The notes under the pieces were generated by a model. It made no database searches, was not told the origin of the DNA, and saw only the letters and a program-made list of their open reading frames with translations. The position numbers and the translations under genes were made by a program. A stretch of 64,000 bases of DNA. Source: an uncultured Gemmatimonadales bacterium. Lineage in GTDB: Bacteria; Gemmatimonadota; Gemmatimonadetes; Longimicrobiales; Gaopeijiaceae. This document shows, in pieces, positions 39,062 through 48,251 of this stretch. The stretch is taken from NCBI GenBank assembly GCA_963823035.1, contig CAWGKG010000012.1:448001-512000 (forward strand), in the 5' to 3' direction. Position 1 is the first letter of the stretch; every line of letters begins with the position of its first letter.

Positions 39062-40483
39062 ATGCGCGCTCCAATCTCCATCCGACCCCTGACGGGGGCC
39101 CTCGCCGTGGCGTGCGTCCTGGCGGGGGCCCCCGCGGGGGCCCAGCAAGTCGACATGCAGGCCCTGCAGGACGAGGCCGTGGCCTGGCTCCAGGACTACA
39201 TCCGCCTGGATACGCAGAACCCGCCGGGCAACGAGATCCTGGGTGCCCGCTTCTTCGCGAAGATCTTCGACGCGGAGGGCATCCCGTACCAGATCGCGGA
39301 GTCGGCGCCCGGGAGGGGCAACATCTGGGCGCGCCTGGAGGGCGGCGACGAGCCGGCGGTCGTGCTCCTCCACCACATGGACGTGGTGCCCGCCGACCCA
39401 CGCTACTGGTCGGTCGACCCGCTCTCCGGGGAGAAGCGGGACGGGTACATCTACGGCCGTGGTGCCCTCGACACGAAGACGAGCGGCATCCTGAACCTGG
39501 CCGCCTTCCTCGCGCTGCACCGTTCGGGTGTGCCCCTGACGCGCGACGTGGTGTTCGTCGCGACAGCGGACGAAGAGGCTGGAGGCGCATACGGTGCGGG
39601 ATGGTTGGCTGAGAACCACCGCGAGATCTTTGACGGCGTCGGCTTCCTGCTCAACGAAGGTGGTGGAGGCGAGAACGTCGGCGGGGAGGTCCAGTTCGGG
39701 GTCGAGGTCACGCAGAAGGTGCCCTTCTGGTTCCACCTGAAGACCGTGGGCGAGCCCGGCCACGGATCGCGGCCGCACACATCCTCCTCGGTCACCGAGA
39801 TGATCGACGCTCTGGCGCGCCTGCGCGCCCACGAGTTCGAGCCACGTATCATCCCCGCGGTGGACGCCCACCTGAAGGGAATCGCCGCCGGCCAACCCGA
39901 GCCGTGGCGCACGCGCTTCCAGGACATGGCCTCTTGGGTCCACCGCCCGGGCGTCCTCCGCGAGCTGCAGGAGTACGACCCCGGCCTGCATACGCTGACG
40001 CGCAACACCTGCTCGATCACGCGCCTCATGGGAAGCGACAAGATCAACGTCGTGCCGCCCGAGGCCGGCGCGGAGCTGGACTGCCGTCTCCTGCCGGACC
40101 AGGACCCCCAGGCCTTCATCGCCGAGCTACAATCGGTGCTGGGCCCGGAGGTCGAGATCGAGCAGCTCATGGGCTTCACACCTGCGGTGTCCACGACCGA
40201 CACGGAGCTGTACCGGATCGTGAAGGACGTGACGCTCGAGAACTTCCCGGGGGCGCAGTTCGTCCCCCAGGTGCAGGGAGGCTTCACCGACTCGCACTTC
40301 TTCCGCGACCTGGGGATCGTCTGCTACGGCTACGAAGCCACGGCGACCCCGCAGGCCGACGCCAGCGGCGTGCACGGCAACGACGAGCGGGTCACCGAGG
40401 AGAACGTTCGCAGAGGAGTCGCCATGACGCTCGAGATCGTACGCCGCTTCGCCGCCGCCCGCGGCGTGTCGGAGGAATCGTGA
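39062..40483 (+). CDS. Secreted M20/M25/M40 metallopeptidase
   Basis: Signal peptide, HHMDVVP, GRGALD, DEEAGG, GHGS, HGNDE. Confidence 0.9.
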   Translation: MRAPISIRPLTGALAVACVLAGAPAGAQQVDMQALQDEAVAWLQDYIRLDTQNPPGNEILGARFFAKIFDAEGIPYQIAESAPGRGNIWARLEGGDEPAVVLLHHMDVVPADPRYWSVDPLSGEKRDGYIYGRGALDTKTSGILNLAAFLALHRSGVPLTRDVVFVATADEEAGGAYGAGWLAENHREIFDGVGFLLNEGGGGENVGGEVQFGVEVTQKVPFWFHLKTVGEPGHGSRPHTSSSVTEMIDALARLRAHEFEPRIIPAVDAHLKGIAAGQPEPWRTRFQDMASWVHRPGVLRELQEYDPGLHTLTRNTCSITRLMGSDKINVVPPEAGAELDCRLLPDQDPQAFIAELQSVLGPEVEIEQLMGFTPAVSTTDTELYRIVKDVTLENFPGAQFVPQVQGGFTDSHFFRDLGIVCYGYEATATPQADASGVHGNDERVTEENVRRGVAMTLEIVRRFAAARGVSEES

Positions 40484-41259
40484 AGTTGCGGGGCGTGGGA
40501 CTCCGCGTGATCGCCACCCTCGCGCTGACCGTGACGGTGGCGGCGCGGCCGGCCGTCGCGCAGGAGAAGAGCGCCCTGCCCTGGCCGCCCGTCGCCACCT
40601 TCTCGGTGCTGGGCTACGACCCGGACACGGGTGAGGTCGGCGTGGCCGTGCAGTCGCGCGTGTTCTCGGTGGGCAACGGCGTCATCTGGGGGAAGGCGGA
40701 CGTAGGGGTCGCGGCTACGCAGGCCATCGTGGACGTGAGCTACGGGCCGCGCGCCATCGAGCTGCTCGAGCAGGGACTCACGCCCGAACAGGTCGTGCAG
40801 CGCATCCTCGACGAGGATCCCGATCCACGCCCGGACGATTGGCCGGAGGCGGGTCGGCAGTTCTCGGTGATGGACGCGCACGGGAACGTTGCCACGCACA
40901 CCGGACCGCAGGCGTCGGAGTGGGCAGGGCATCGCATCGGCCGCTACGTCTCCGCGCAGGGCAACATCCTCGCGGGCCCGGAGGTGGTCGACGGGATGGT
41001 GGAGGCGTTCGAGTCGACGGAAGGGCACCTCTCCTTCCGGCTGCTGGCGGCGCTGGAGGCCGGTCAGTTGGCCGGCGGCGACCGGCGGGGGATGCAGTCG
41101 GCCGCGATGCTCATCGTGAAGAAGGATGGCGGCGTGTGGCTGCACAACGACGTGGTGCTCCGCCTGCAGGTGGACGACGCCGAGCAGCCGATCGCGGAGC
41201 TGCGCCGGCTGGTCGAGATCGCCGCCAGGCAGCGCGAGCGGATCCGGGGCGGCGGGTAG
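40480..41259 (+). CDS. DUF1028 family (Ntn-hydrolase-like) secreted protein
   Basis: ATFSVLG.DP.TGEVGVAVQS, QGNIL, GGDRRGMQSAA. Confidence 0.85.
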   Translation: MKLRGVGLRVIATLALTVTVAARPAVAQEKSALPWPPVATFSVLGYDPDTGEVGVAVQSRVFSVGNGVIWGKADVGVAATQAIVDVSYGPRAIELLEQGLTPEQVVQRILDEDPDPRPDDWPEAGRQFSVMDAHGNVATHTGPQASEWAGHRIGRYVSAQGNILAGPEVVDGMVEAFESTEGHLSFRLLAALEAGQLAGGDRRGMQSAAMLIVKKDGGVWLHNDVVLRLQVDDAEQPIAELRRLVEIAARQRERIRGGG

Positions 41260-41297
41260 CTCCTCTCGACGCCGAGGTGGCCGACGTCCGGATGCGA

Positions 41298-41333
41298 GAA
41301 GGCCGTGGGAGCCCGAGAGCGCCCACGGCCTTC
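41298..41333. terminator. Terminator-like hairpin between convergent genes
   Basis: GAAGGCCGTGGG/CCCACGGCCTTC 12-bp stem. Confidence 0.55.
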
Positions 41334-41355
41334 CGCGTCGTTGGCCCTGCTTCCT

Positions 41356-41769
41356 TCAGCTCTTGATGATCTCCAGGTGCGAGTCCGTCATCGCGGTCTC
41401 CACCCAGAAGTTCACCGCATCACCGAGCTGCAGGTCCAGCGGCCGCGTGCTCACGCCGTCCGGCGCTCCCTGAAGCGACCACACCGGCTCGTCGGGGAAG
41501 ACCTTGATCTCGAAGGCCCCCATGTCGGCGATGCTCTTGTCCACCTCCAGGATCTTGAAGTCCGAGCGGCCGACCCGCCCGAGCGAGCGCAACCGGCCGT
41601 TCGCGTCCTGGACGTAGACCTGCACGATCGAGGCGTTGTTGTTGATCACCCGGATCTCGAGCGTGTTGCTCGCCGGTCCGGGCGTCTCGGCCTTCGCGGA
41701 TGCGGCACCCAGCGCCATGAAGGCGGTCGCCACGGCCATCCGAAGAGTTCCCCTCGTCATCATCGTCAT
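41356..41769 (-). CDS. Small secreted beta-rich hypothetical protein, paralog 1
   Basis: Signal peptide (AKA-E), LEIRVINN...SLGRV.RSDFK. Confidence 0.75.
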   Translation of the reverse strand: MTMMTRGTLRMAVATAFMALGAASAKAETPGPASNTLEIRVINNNASIVQVYVQDANGRLRSLGRVGRSDFKILEVDKSIADMGAFEIKVFPDEPVWSLQGAPDGVSTRPLDLQLGDAVNFWVETAMTDSHLEIIKS

Positions 41770-41856
41770 CCTCCCAGGTGGATTCCCATCGTCCCTCCCA
41801 CGGCCTCCCGCCCACCGGGCCCGCCGCAGGGCCCCATCCTCCCACTCTCGTCCTCT

Positions 41857-41884
41857 TAGACGTGTTTACCGGCAAATTGGTTTC
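41857..41884 (-). promoter_or_regulatory. Putative ECF-sigma promoter (copy 1)
   Basis: GAAACC-N16-CGTCTA on minus strand. Confidence 0.6.
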
Positions 41885-41942
41885 TCCGGCTCATCTCCGT
41901 CTGCCCATCGATACGTCGGCGCCGCTCCGGCGCTTACCTCAC

Positions 41943-41981
41943 GGAGAGGGGCTCCGACCCGCACGGATCGAAGCCCCCTCC
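41943..41981 (-). terminator. Terminator-like hairpin after paralog 2
   Basis: Imperfect GGAGAGGGGCTCCGA/TCGAAGCCCCCTCC stem; no clear U-tract. Confidence 0.4.
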
Positions 41982-41987
41982 GGCCCG

Positions 41988-42402
41988 TCAGGTCCTGATG
42001 ATCTGAAGGTGGGAGTCCGTCAGGACGCTCTCGACGCAGAAGTTCACCACGTCGCCCGCCTTCAAGTTCAAGGGCATCGTGCGCACGCCGTCGGGCACCG
42101 CCCGCGTCGACCACACCGGCCCGTCCGGGAAGATCTTGATCTGGACCGCCCCCAGCTCGGTGATGCCCGCGGGCACCGTCAGGACCTTGAAGTCCGAGCG
42201 CTCGACCCGCCCGAGCGAGCGGACGCGACCGAACATGTCTTCGACGTATACGTGCACGACCGAGGTGTAGTTGTTGGTCACCCGGATCTCGAGCGCGTCT
42301 TTCGGCCGGACCGGGCGTCTCGGCCTTCACGGAGGCAGCGCCCAGCGCCAGAAGTGCGGTCGTCATGGCGACCCGCAGAGTTCCCGTCTTCATCGTCGTC
42401 AT
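41988..42402 (-). CDS. Small secreted hypothetical protein, paralog 2 (frameshift about 42300)
   Basis: Aligns end-to-end with 41356-41769 (GTLRVA, AETPGPA, VYV.D..GR.RSLGRV.RSDFK, TDSHL.II). Confidence 0.75.
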
Positions 42403-42481
42403 CCTCGTCAGGTGGATTCCCATCGTCCGCGGACGGCACCCACCGCGTCGCCGACCGCAGTGCATCCCCCACTCATCCCGC

Positions 42482-42509
42482 TAGACGGGAATACCGGAGA
42501 TCCGGTTTC
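42482..42509 (-). promoter_or_regulatory. Putative ECF-sigma promoter (copy 2)
   Basis: GAAACC-N16-CGTCTA on minus strand. Confidence 0.6.
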
Positions 42510-42566
42510 CGGAGGTCAAACCCACGTGGGCCGAGCGCGGGTCGACAGGCCGGTCGCAGCGACATG

Positions 42567-42599
42567 AAAAAGGGGCCCGACCGTTTTCGGTCGAGCCCC
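42567..42599 (-). terminator. Intrinsic terminator after the bacilliredoxin gene
   Basis: GGGGCCCGACCG/CGGTCGAGCCCC stem followed by 5 U on minus strand. Confidence 0.75.
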
Positions 42600-42664
42600 C
42601 CGGTCCGTGCCGACCGGTCGGGGCGGGCGGCGTGTCGCCCGCGTGCGCCGTTCCCCTCAGGTGC

Positions 42665-43081
42665 TCAGCAATGCTCCGCGTAGGCGGCGCGCAGGTCGTC
42701 GGCGATATCCTCGGGGTGACGCCCCTCGATCTGGTGGCGCTCCATGAAGTAGACCAGCTCTCCGTCCTTGAAGAGCGCGACGGAGGGTGAAGAGGGCGGG
42801 TAGCCGACGATGTAGTCGCGGGCCCTGTCCGTGGCGTCCATGTCCTGGCCGGCGAACACCGTGGTGAGCACCTCGGGCTTGTGGTCGCCGTGGAGGGAGA
42901 GGTACACCGCGGGGCGCATCATCCCTGCCGCGCAGCCACACACGGAGTTGACCGCGACCAGCACCGTACGCTTCTCCCGACCCAGGACCTCATCCACGTC
43001 CTGGGGCGAGCGCAACTCCTTGAATCCCACCTTGACGAGATCCTCGCGCATCGGCGCGACCATGAATTCCGGATAGGGCAT
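42665..43081 (-). CDS. BrxA/BrxB family bacilliredoxin
   Basis: MPYPE..VAPMR, VNSVCGCAAG, TVFAGQD, PSSPS. Confidence 0.92.
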   Translation of the reverse strand: MPYPEFMVAPMREDLVKVGFKELRSPQDVDEVLGREKRTVLVAVNSVCGCAAGMMRPAVYLSLHGDHKPEVLTTVFAGQDMDATDRARDYIVGYPPSSPSVALFKDGELVYFMERHQIEGRHPEDIADDLRAAYAEHC

Positions 43082-43209
43082 CTTGCTCACTTCTCCTGTG
43101 CGTCCCGACGGGCACGTCGGCCCGCCGCCTGGTCCATCGGGTCGGGCCAATACCCCCACCGCGCGGCGCGGGTTCATCCCGTGGGGTCCGTTGCTGCGCG
43201 GCCCACGCC

Positions 43210-43725
43210 ATGCAAACTTCCGGGTTCATGCCTTCCGCCAACGAGATCGTTCGCCTGCGCGTCAACGGCGACCTGCACGAGGTCGGCGTCCCGGCGCACT
43301 ACACGCTGCTCGAGACCCTGCGATACGTGCTCGGGCTCACCGGGTCGAAGCAGGGTTGCGACAAGGGGGACTGCGGCGCGTGCACGGTGATCGTGGACGG
43401 CTGCCCCACCCTCTCGTGCATCACCCCCGTGTTCGAGGCCGAGGGGCACGAAGTCGTCACGGTGGAGGGCCTCGCGACCGCCCGCGGTCCGCACCCGCTC
43501 CAGGACGAGTTCGACCTCAACGGCGCGGCCCAGTGTGGCTTCTGCACGCCGGGCATCCTCTGCTCCGCCGCCGCGCTCCTGGAGCGTACGCCGTCGCCCT
43601 CCCGGCAGGAGATCCGTGAGGCGCTCTCGGGCAACCTCTGCCGGTGCACCGGATACACGAAGATCTACGACGCGGTCGAGGCCGCCGCGGCGCGCCTTCG
43701 GGCGTCGGGGGAGGTGGCCCGATGA
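43210..43725 (+). CDS. Xanthine dehydrogenase family 2x[2Fe-2S] subunit (HcrC-like)
   Basis: GCDKGDCGACTV, QCGFCTPG, NLCRCTGY. Confidence 0.92.
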   Translation: MQTSGFMPSANEIVRLRVNGDLHEVGVPAHYTLLETLRYVLGLTGSKQGCDKGDCGACTVIVDGCPTLSCITPVFEAEGHEVVTVEGLATARGPHPLQDEFDLNGAAQCGFCTPGILCSAAALLERTPSPSRQEIREALSGNLCRCTGYTKIYDAVEAAAARLRASGEVAR

Positions 43726-46171
43726 TCCGCGATGCACGTAAGGCCAAGTCTGACTTGCACTTGATCGGGAAGTCCCAGCGAAAGATCGAGGGTCTCGACA
43801 AGTCCACCGGCCGGGCCCGTTACGCCGACGACATCACCCTTCCCGGGATGCTGCACGGGAAGATCCTGCGTAGCCCGCACCCGCACGCGCGCATCGTCTC
43901 GATCGACACCTCCGCGGCCGAGCGCTCGAGGGGGTGCACGGCGTGGTCACCGGGCGCGACATGCCGACCACGTTCGGGATCATCCCCTGGACGCCGGACG
44001 AGTACCCCCTGGCAGTGGACCGCGTCCGCTACATCGGCGACGCGGTGGCCGCCGTGGCGGCCGTGGACGAGGACACGGCACTCGCGGCGCTCGACCTGGT
44101 GCGCGTGCAGTACGAGGAGCTTCCCGCCTTCCTCGATCCCTTCGCGGCGCTCGACGCCGACGGAGACGCCGCCTCGCCCTACATCCACGAGCCCACGAAG
44201 GAAGGCCGGAACGGCAACATCACGAAGAGGGTGCACCTCGAGTTCGGCGAGGTGGACGCGCTCATGGACGCCGCGGAGGTCGTCGTCGAGGGTGAGTACT
44301 TCTTCGAGGGCACGACGCATGCGCCCATCGAGCCCCACTGCGCCATCGGGCTTTGGGAGTCGGACGGACGGGATCCCGGGAAGGGAAGCGTCGACGAGGG
44401 CGGCGTGACGGGGAAGCTCACGGTCTGGTCGGCCACACAGGTGCCGCACTACCTGCACAGGGAGCTGGCGCGCGTGCTGGAGGTGGACCCCGCGCGGGTC
44501 AGGGTCCTTCAGCCGCTCGTGGGCGGCGCCTTCGGCGGGAAGAGCGAGCCGTTCGACCTGGAGTTCTGCGTGGCCAAGCTGGCCATGAGGACCGGCCGAC
44601 CGGTGAAGATCCTGTACACCCGCGAAGAGGTGTTCTACGCGCACCGGGGCCGGCACCCCTTCCACATGAAGTACCGCACCGGGTGCAGCCGGGAGGGGAA
44701 GCTCCGGAGCGTGGACGCGAAGATCGTGCTGGACGGGGGCGCCTACGCTTCCTTCGGCCTCGTGACCACGTACTACTCGGGGCAGCTCCTGTGCGCGCCG
44801 TACGCGATGCCGGCGTACCGCTTCGACGCGACGCGCGTATACACGAACAAGCCGGCATGCGGGCCGAAGCGGGGTCACGGCTCCGTGCAGCCGCGCTTCG
44901 CCTTCGAGGTGCAGATGGACAAGCTGGCGGAGAAGGTCGGGATGGACCCGATCGAGTTCCGCCGCCTGAACTTCATCGGCGAGAACACGCGTACGGTCAA
45001 CGAGCTGCGCATCACGTCCAACGGCTTCCTCGAGTGCCTGGCGTCGGTGGAGCGCGCCAGCGGGTGGAAGGCGAAGCACCGCAGGCTGCCGTTCGGGCGC
45101 GGCGTGGGCGTGGCGGGCTCCACGTACATCTCGGGAACGAACTATCCGATCTACCCGAACGAGATGCCGCAGTCGGCCGTGCAGATGCAGATCGACCGGT
45201 CGGGGCGGGTGGCGGTGTTCAGCGGGGCGAGCGAGATCGGCCAGGGGTGCGACACGCTCGTAGCGCAGATCGCCGCGGAAGAGCTCGGGGTGCCGATCGA
45301 GCACGTGCGTGTCCTTCGGGGCGACACCGACTTCACTCCCGTCGACCTCGGCGCCTATTCGAGCCGTGTGACGTTCATGCTCGGCAACGCCGCGATCGAT
45401 GCGGCGCACAAGCTGCGCGATCAGGTCCGCGAGGCCGTCGCCGAGAAGTGGGAGGTGCGCGCTTCGGAGGTTCTGCTCGCCGGGGGCCGCGCGCTGTGGG
45501 CGCCCGACACCGAACGCCAGCTGCCGATCCGGGAAGCGTTCCACCTCGCCGAGGCCCGGTTCGGGACGCTCGGCGCCACCGGCTGGTACGACACCCCCAA
45601 GGACGTGCACGGAGCCTACCGCGGCGGCACGATCGGCGCGTCGCCCGCCTACTCCTTCACCGCGCACGTGGCGGAGGTCGAGGTGCACGCCGAGACCGGT
45701 ATCGTGGACGTGAAGAAGATCTGGGTGGCGCACGACTGCGGCCGCGCGCTCAACCCCGTGCTCGTCGAGGGCCAGATGGAAGGCTCGGCCTACATGGGCT
45801 TCGCCGAGGCGCTGATGGAGGAGCACGTCTTCAAGGACGGAGAGCACGGCCGTGCCGGGCTGCACAACGCACCCTCGCTCCTCGACTACAAGATCCCGAC
45901 GAGCCTGGACACGCCCGAGCTCGAGTCGTTCATCGTGGAGTCGATCGATCCGGAGGGGCCCTACGGTGCGAAGGAAGCCGGTGAGGGCCCCCTGCATCCT
46001 TCGATCCCCGCGATCGCCAACGCCATCTACGACGCGGTGGGCGTGCGCCTCGACCGGCTCCCCTTCTCCCCGCCGGCGGTGTGGCGGGCGCTTCGCGCCG
46101 CCGAGGCCGAGCACGCGCTCCGCAAGCCGCCCGCGCCCTCGTCACCACGACAACCCGTGAGCGCGGACTGA
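43722..46171 (+). CDS. Xanthine dehydrogenase family molybdopterin subunit, 4-hydroxybenzoyl-CoA reductase alpha-like (frameshift about 43925)
   Basis: LRSPHPHARI, GGAFGGK, CGPKRGHG, EIGQG, YSSRVT, HDCGRALNP, GAKEAGEGP. Confidence 0.85.
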
Positions 46172-46176
46172 GAACG

Positions 46177-47139
46177 ATGTCACGAAAGCCGATCCTCATC
46201 GCCCTGCTGGGGCTCCTGATCGCGGGAGGGGCGTATCTCCTGCGCTCCGACGACTTCACGGCGGGCTTCCGCGACGACCACGGCGGCGCCGCCGTGGTCG
46301 ACGGGTCGGCGCCCACGTGGGAAGACGCGGATTGGGACATCTTCTCGGGCAAGGTGCGCTGGGCGCTCGACCACGGGTTGGATACGCTCGCCCTCGGCGA
46401 CGCCGTGGCGGCGATCGGCCGCACGTTCGTCGGCACGCCCTACGTGCCCCACACGCTCGAAGCGGACGGTCCGGAGCACCTCGTGATCGACTTTCGCGGA
46501 CTCGACTGCGTGACCTTCGTCGAGACCGCGCTCACCACGGCCCGCTTCGTGCGCGACCCCCGGGCCGCGACGCTCCTCGATGAGCGCGGCCGCGCCGAGG
46601 AGCGCTACGAAGCGCTCCTGCGGCAGCTCCGGTACCGGGGCGGGGAGCTGGCGGGCTACTCCAGCCGACTTCACTACTTCACCGACTGGATCGCGGATGC
46701 CGAGTCGAAGGGGCTTCTCCACGACGTGACGAGGGAGCTGGGCGGCGCGCGTGACACCGAGCCGGTGGACTTCATGAGCACGCACGTGGACGCCTACCGG
46801 CAGCTCGCCGGGGATGCGGGTGCCGTGGCGGCGATCCGCCGTGCCGAGGAACGCCTATCGGCGGCCGGACGCTGGTACGTGCCGGAGGATCGCATCGCGG
46901 ACGTCGCCGGCGACATCCACGACGGCGACGTCATCGCCGCGACCAGCACGGTGCCGGGCCTCGACGTCGCGCACACCGGCCTCGCGCTCCACGTCGACGG
47001 TGCGCTGCACCTCATGCACGCGCCCCTGGTCGGGGACTCCGTCCAGATCAGCGAGGAGCCGCTCGCAGCGCGTATTCTGCGTATCACCGGACAGGACGGG
47101 ATCATCGTGGCGCGCCCGCTCGATGGAGGAGGCCGATGA
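46177..47139 (+). CDS. DUF1460 family (NlpC/P60-like, putative N-acetylmuramoyl-L-alanine amidase)
   Basis: N-terminal TM, FVGTPY, LDCVTFVE, RLHYFTDW, GLDVAHTG, HA. Confidence 0.85.
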   Translation: MSRKPILIALLGLLIAGGAYLLRSDDFTAGFRDDHGGAAVVDGSAPTWEDADWDIFSGKVRWALDHGLDTLALGDAVAAIGRTFVGTPYVPHTLEADGPEHLVIDFRGLDCVTFVETALTTARFVRDPRAATLLDERGRAEERYEALLRQLRYRGGELAGYSSRLHYFTDWIADAESKGLLHDVTRELGGARDTEPVDFMSTHVDAYRQLAGDAGAVAAIRRAEERLSAAGRWYVPEDRIADVAGDIHDGDVIAATSTVPGLDVAHTGLALHVDGALHLMHAPLVGDSVQISEEPLAARILRITGQDGIIVARPLDGGGR

Positions 47140-48170
47140 CGGCGCGGTCGCGGGCGACCCCACGACGGATGCGGGCACACGTGCCCATGCTGAGGCTGCC
47201 ACCCTACCGCTACCACCGCCCCGCCACGGTCGACCAGGCGGTCGCCCTCCTGGGCGAGCACGCCGGCGACGTCATGCCGGTGGCGGGCGGGACGGACCTC
47301 GTTCCCAACATGAAGCACCGCCTGTTCGAGCCGGGCCACCTGGTGGCGCTGAAGGGCCTGGCGGAGCTGAAGGGCATCCGCGAGGAGGACGGTTGGCTGC
47401 GCATCGGCGCGGCGGAGACGCTCGCGACCGTCGCCGCCGACCCCACGGTCCGGCGCCTCTTCCCCACCCTGGCCGAGGCCGCGGGGAACGTGGCGGGCCC
47501 GCAGCTGCGCAACATGGGCACGCTGGGCGGCAACCTCTGCCTGGACACCCGCTGCACGTACTACAACCAGACGGCGTTCTGGCGGGGCGCGCTCGGCTAT
47601 TGCCTGAAGAAGGACGGCACCGTGTGCCACGTCACGCACGTCGGCAAGAAGTGCGTCGCGGCCCACTCGGCGGACACGCCGCCGGTGCTCATGGTCCTGG
47701 ACGCCGTGGCGGACGTGGTCGGCCCGGACGGCGCCCGCGAGATCGCGGTGCGCGACTTCTTCGTTGCCGACGGGATCGCGAACACACGGCGGGAGCCGGG
47801 CGAGATCGTGACGGCGCTGCGCGTCCCCCTCGCCTCCGCGGCGCGCCGAGGCGGCTACGCCAAGCTCCGGCAGCGGCAGTCGATCGACTTCCCGCTCCTG
47901 ACCGTGGCCGTGGCCGCCGAGCTGGACGGCGACGGCGTCGTGCGCTCGGTCGAAGGGGTCGTCACGGCGCTCGGGTCGAGGCCGAAGGAGTTGACCGGTT
48001 GGTCCGAGCTGGCCGGGGGCCGCCGGCTCGACGACACGCTGATCTCGGAGCTGGCCGAGCGGGCGCACAAGCAGTGCCACCCGCTGGAGAACATCACGCT
48101 GGATCCGGAGTGGCGCCGGGCGATGGTTCCGGTCTACGTGCGCCGAGCCCTGGAGCGCCTGACGGCATGA
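47136..48170 (+). CDS. FAD-binding subunit with 4-Cys [4Fe-4S] insertion (HcrB-like); alternative start 47188
   Basis: AGGTDLVPNMK, RNMGTLGGN, RCTYYNQ...YC...VC...KC, R.SIDFP. Confidence 0.88.
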   Translation: MTARSRATPRRMRAHVPMLRLPPYRYHRPATVDQAVALLGEHAGDVMPVAGGTDLVPNMKHRLFEPGHLVALKGLAELKGIREEDGWLRIGAAETLATVAADPTVRRLFPTLAEAAGNVAGPQLRNMGTLGGNLCLDTRCTYYNQTAFWRGALGYCLKKDGTVCHVTHVGKKCVAAHSADTPPVLMVLDAVADVVGPDGAREIAVRDFFVADGIANTRREPGEIVTALRVPLASAARRGGYAKLRQRQSIDFPLLTVAVAAELDGDGVVRSVEGVVTALGSRPKELTGWSELAGGRRLDDTLISELAERAHKQCHPLENITLDPEWRRAMVPVYVRRALERLTA

Positions 48171-48251
48171 CGGGACACAACACCATCCTCGGGAGCCCTG
48201 AGACGCACCGCCTGCTGATGGAGTTCCTGGCCGAGGCTTGAGCCCGCTCAG

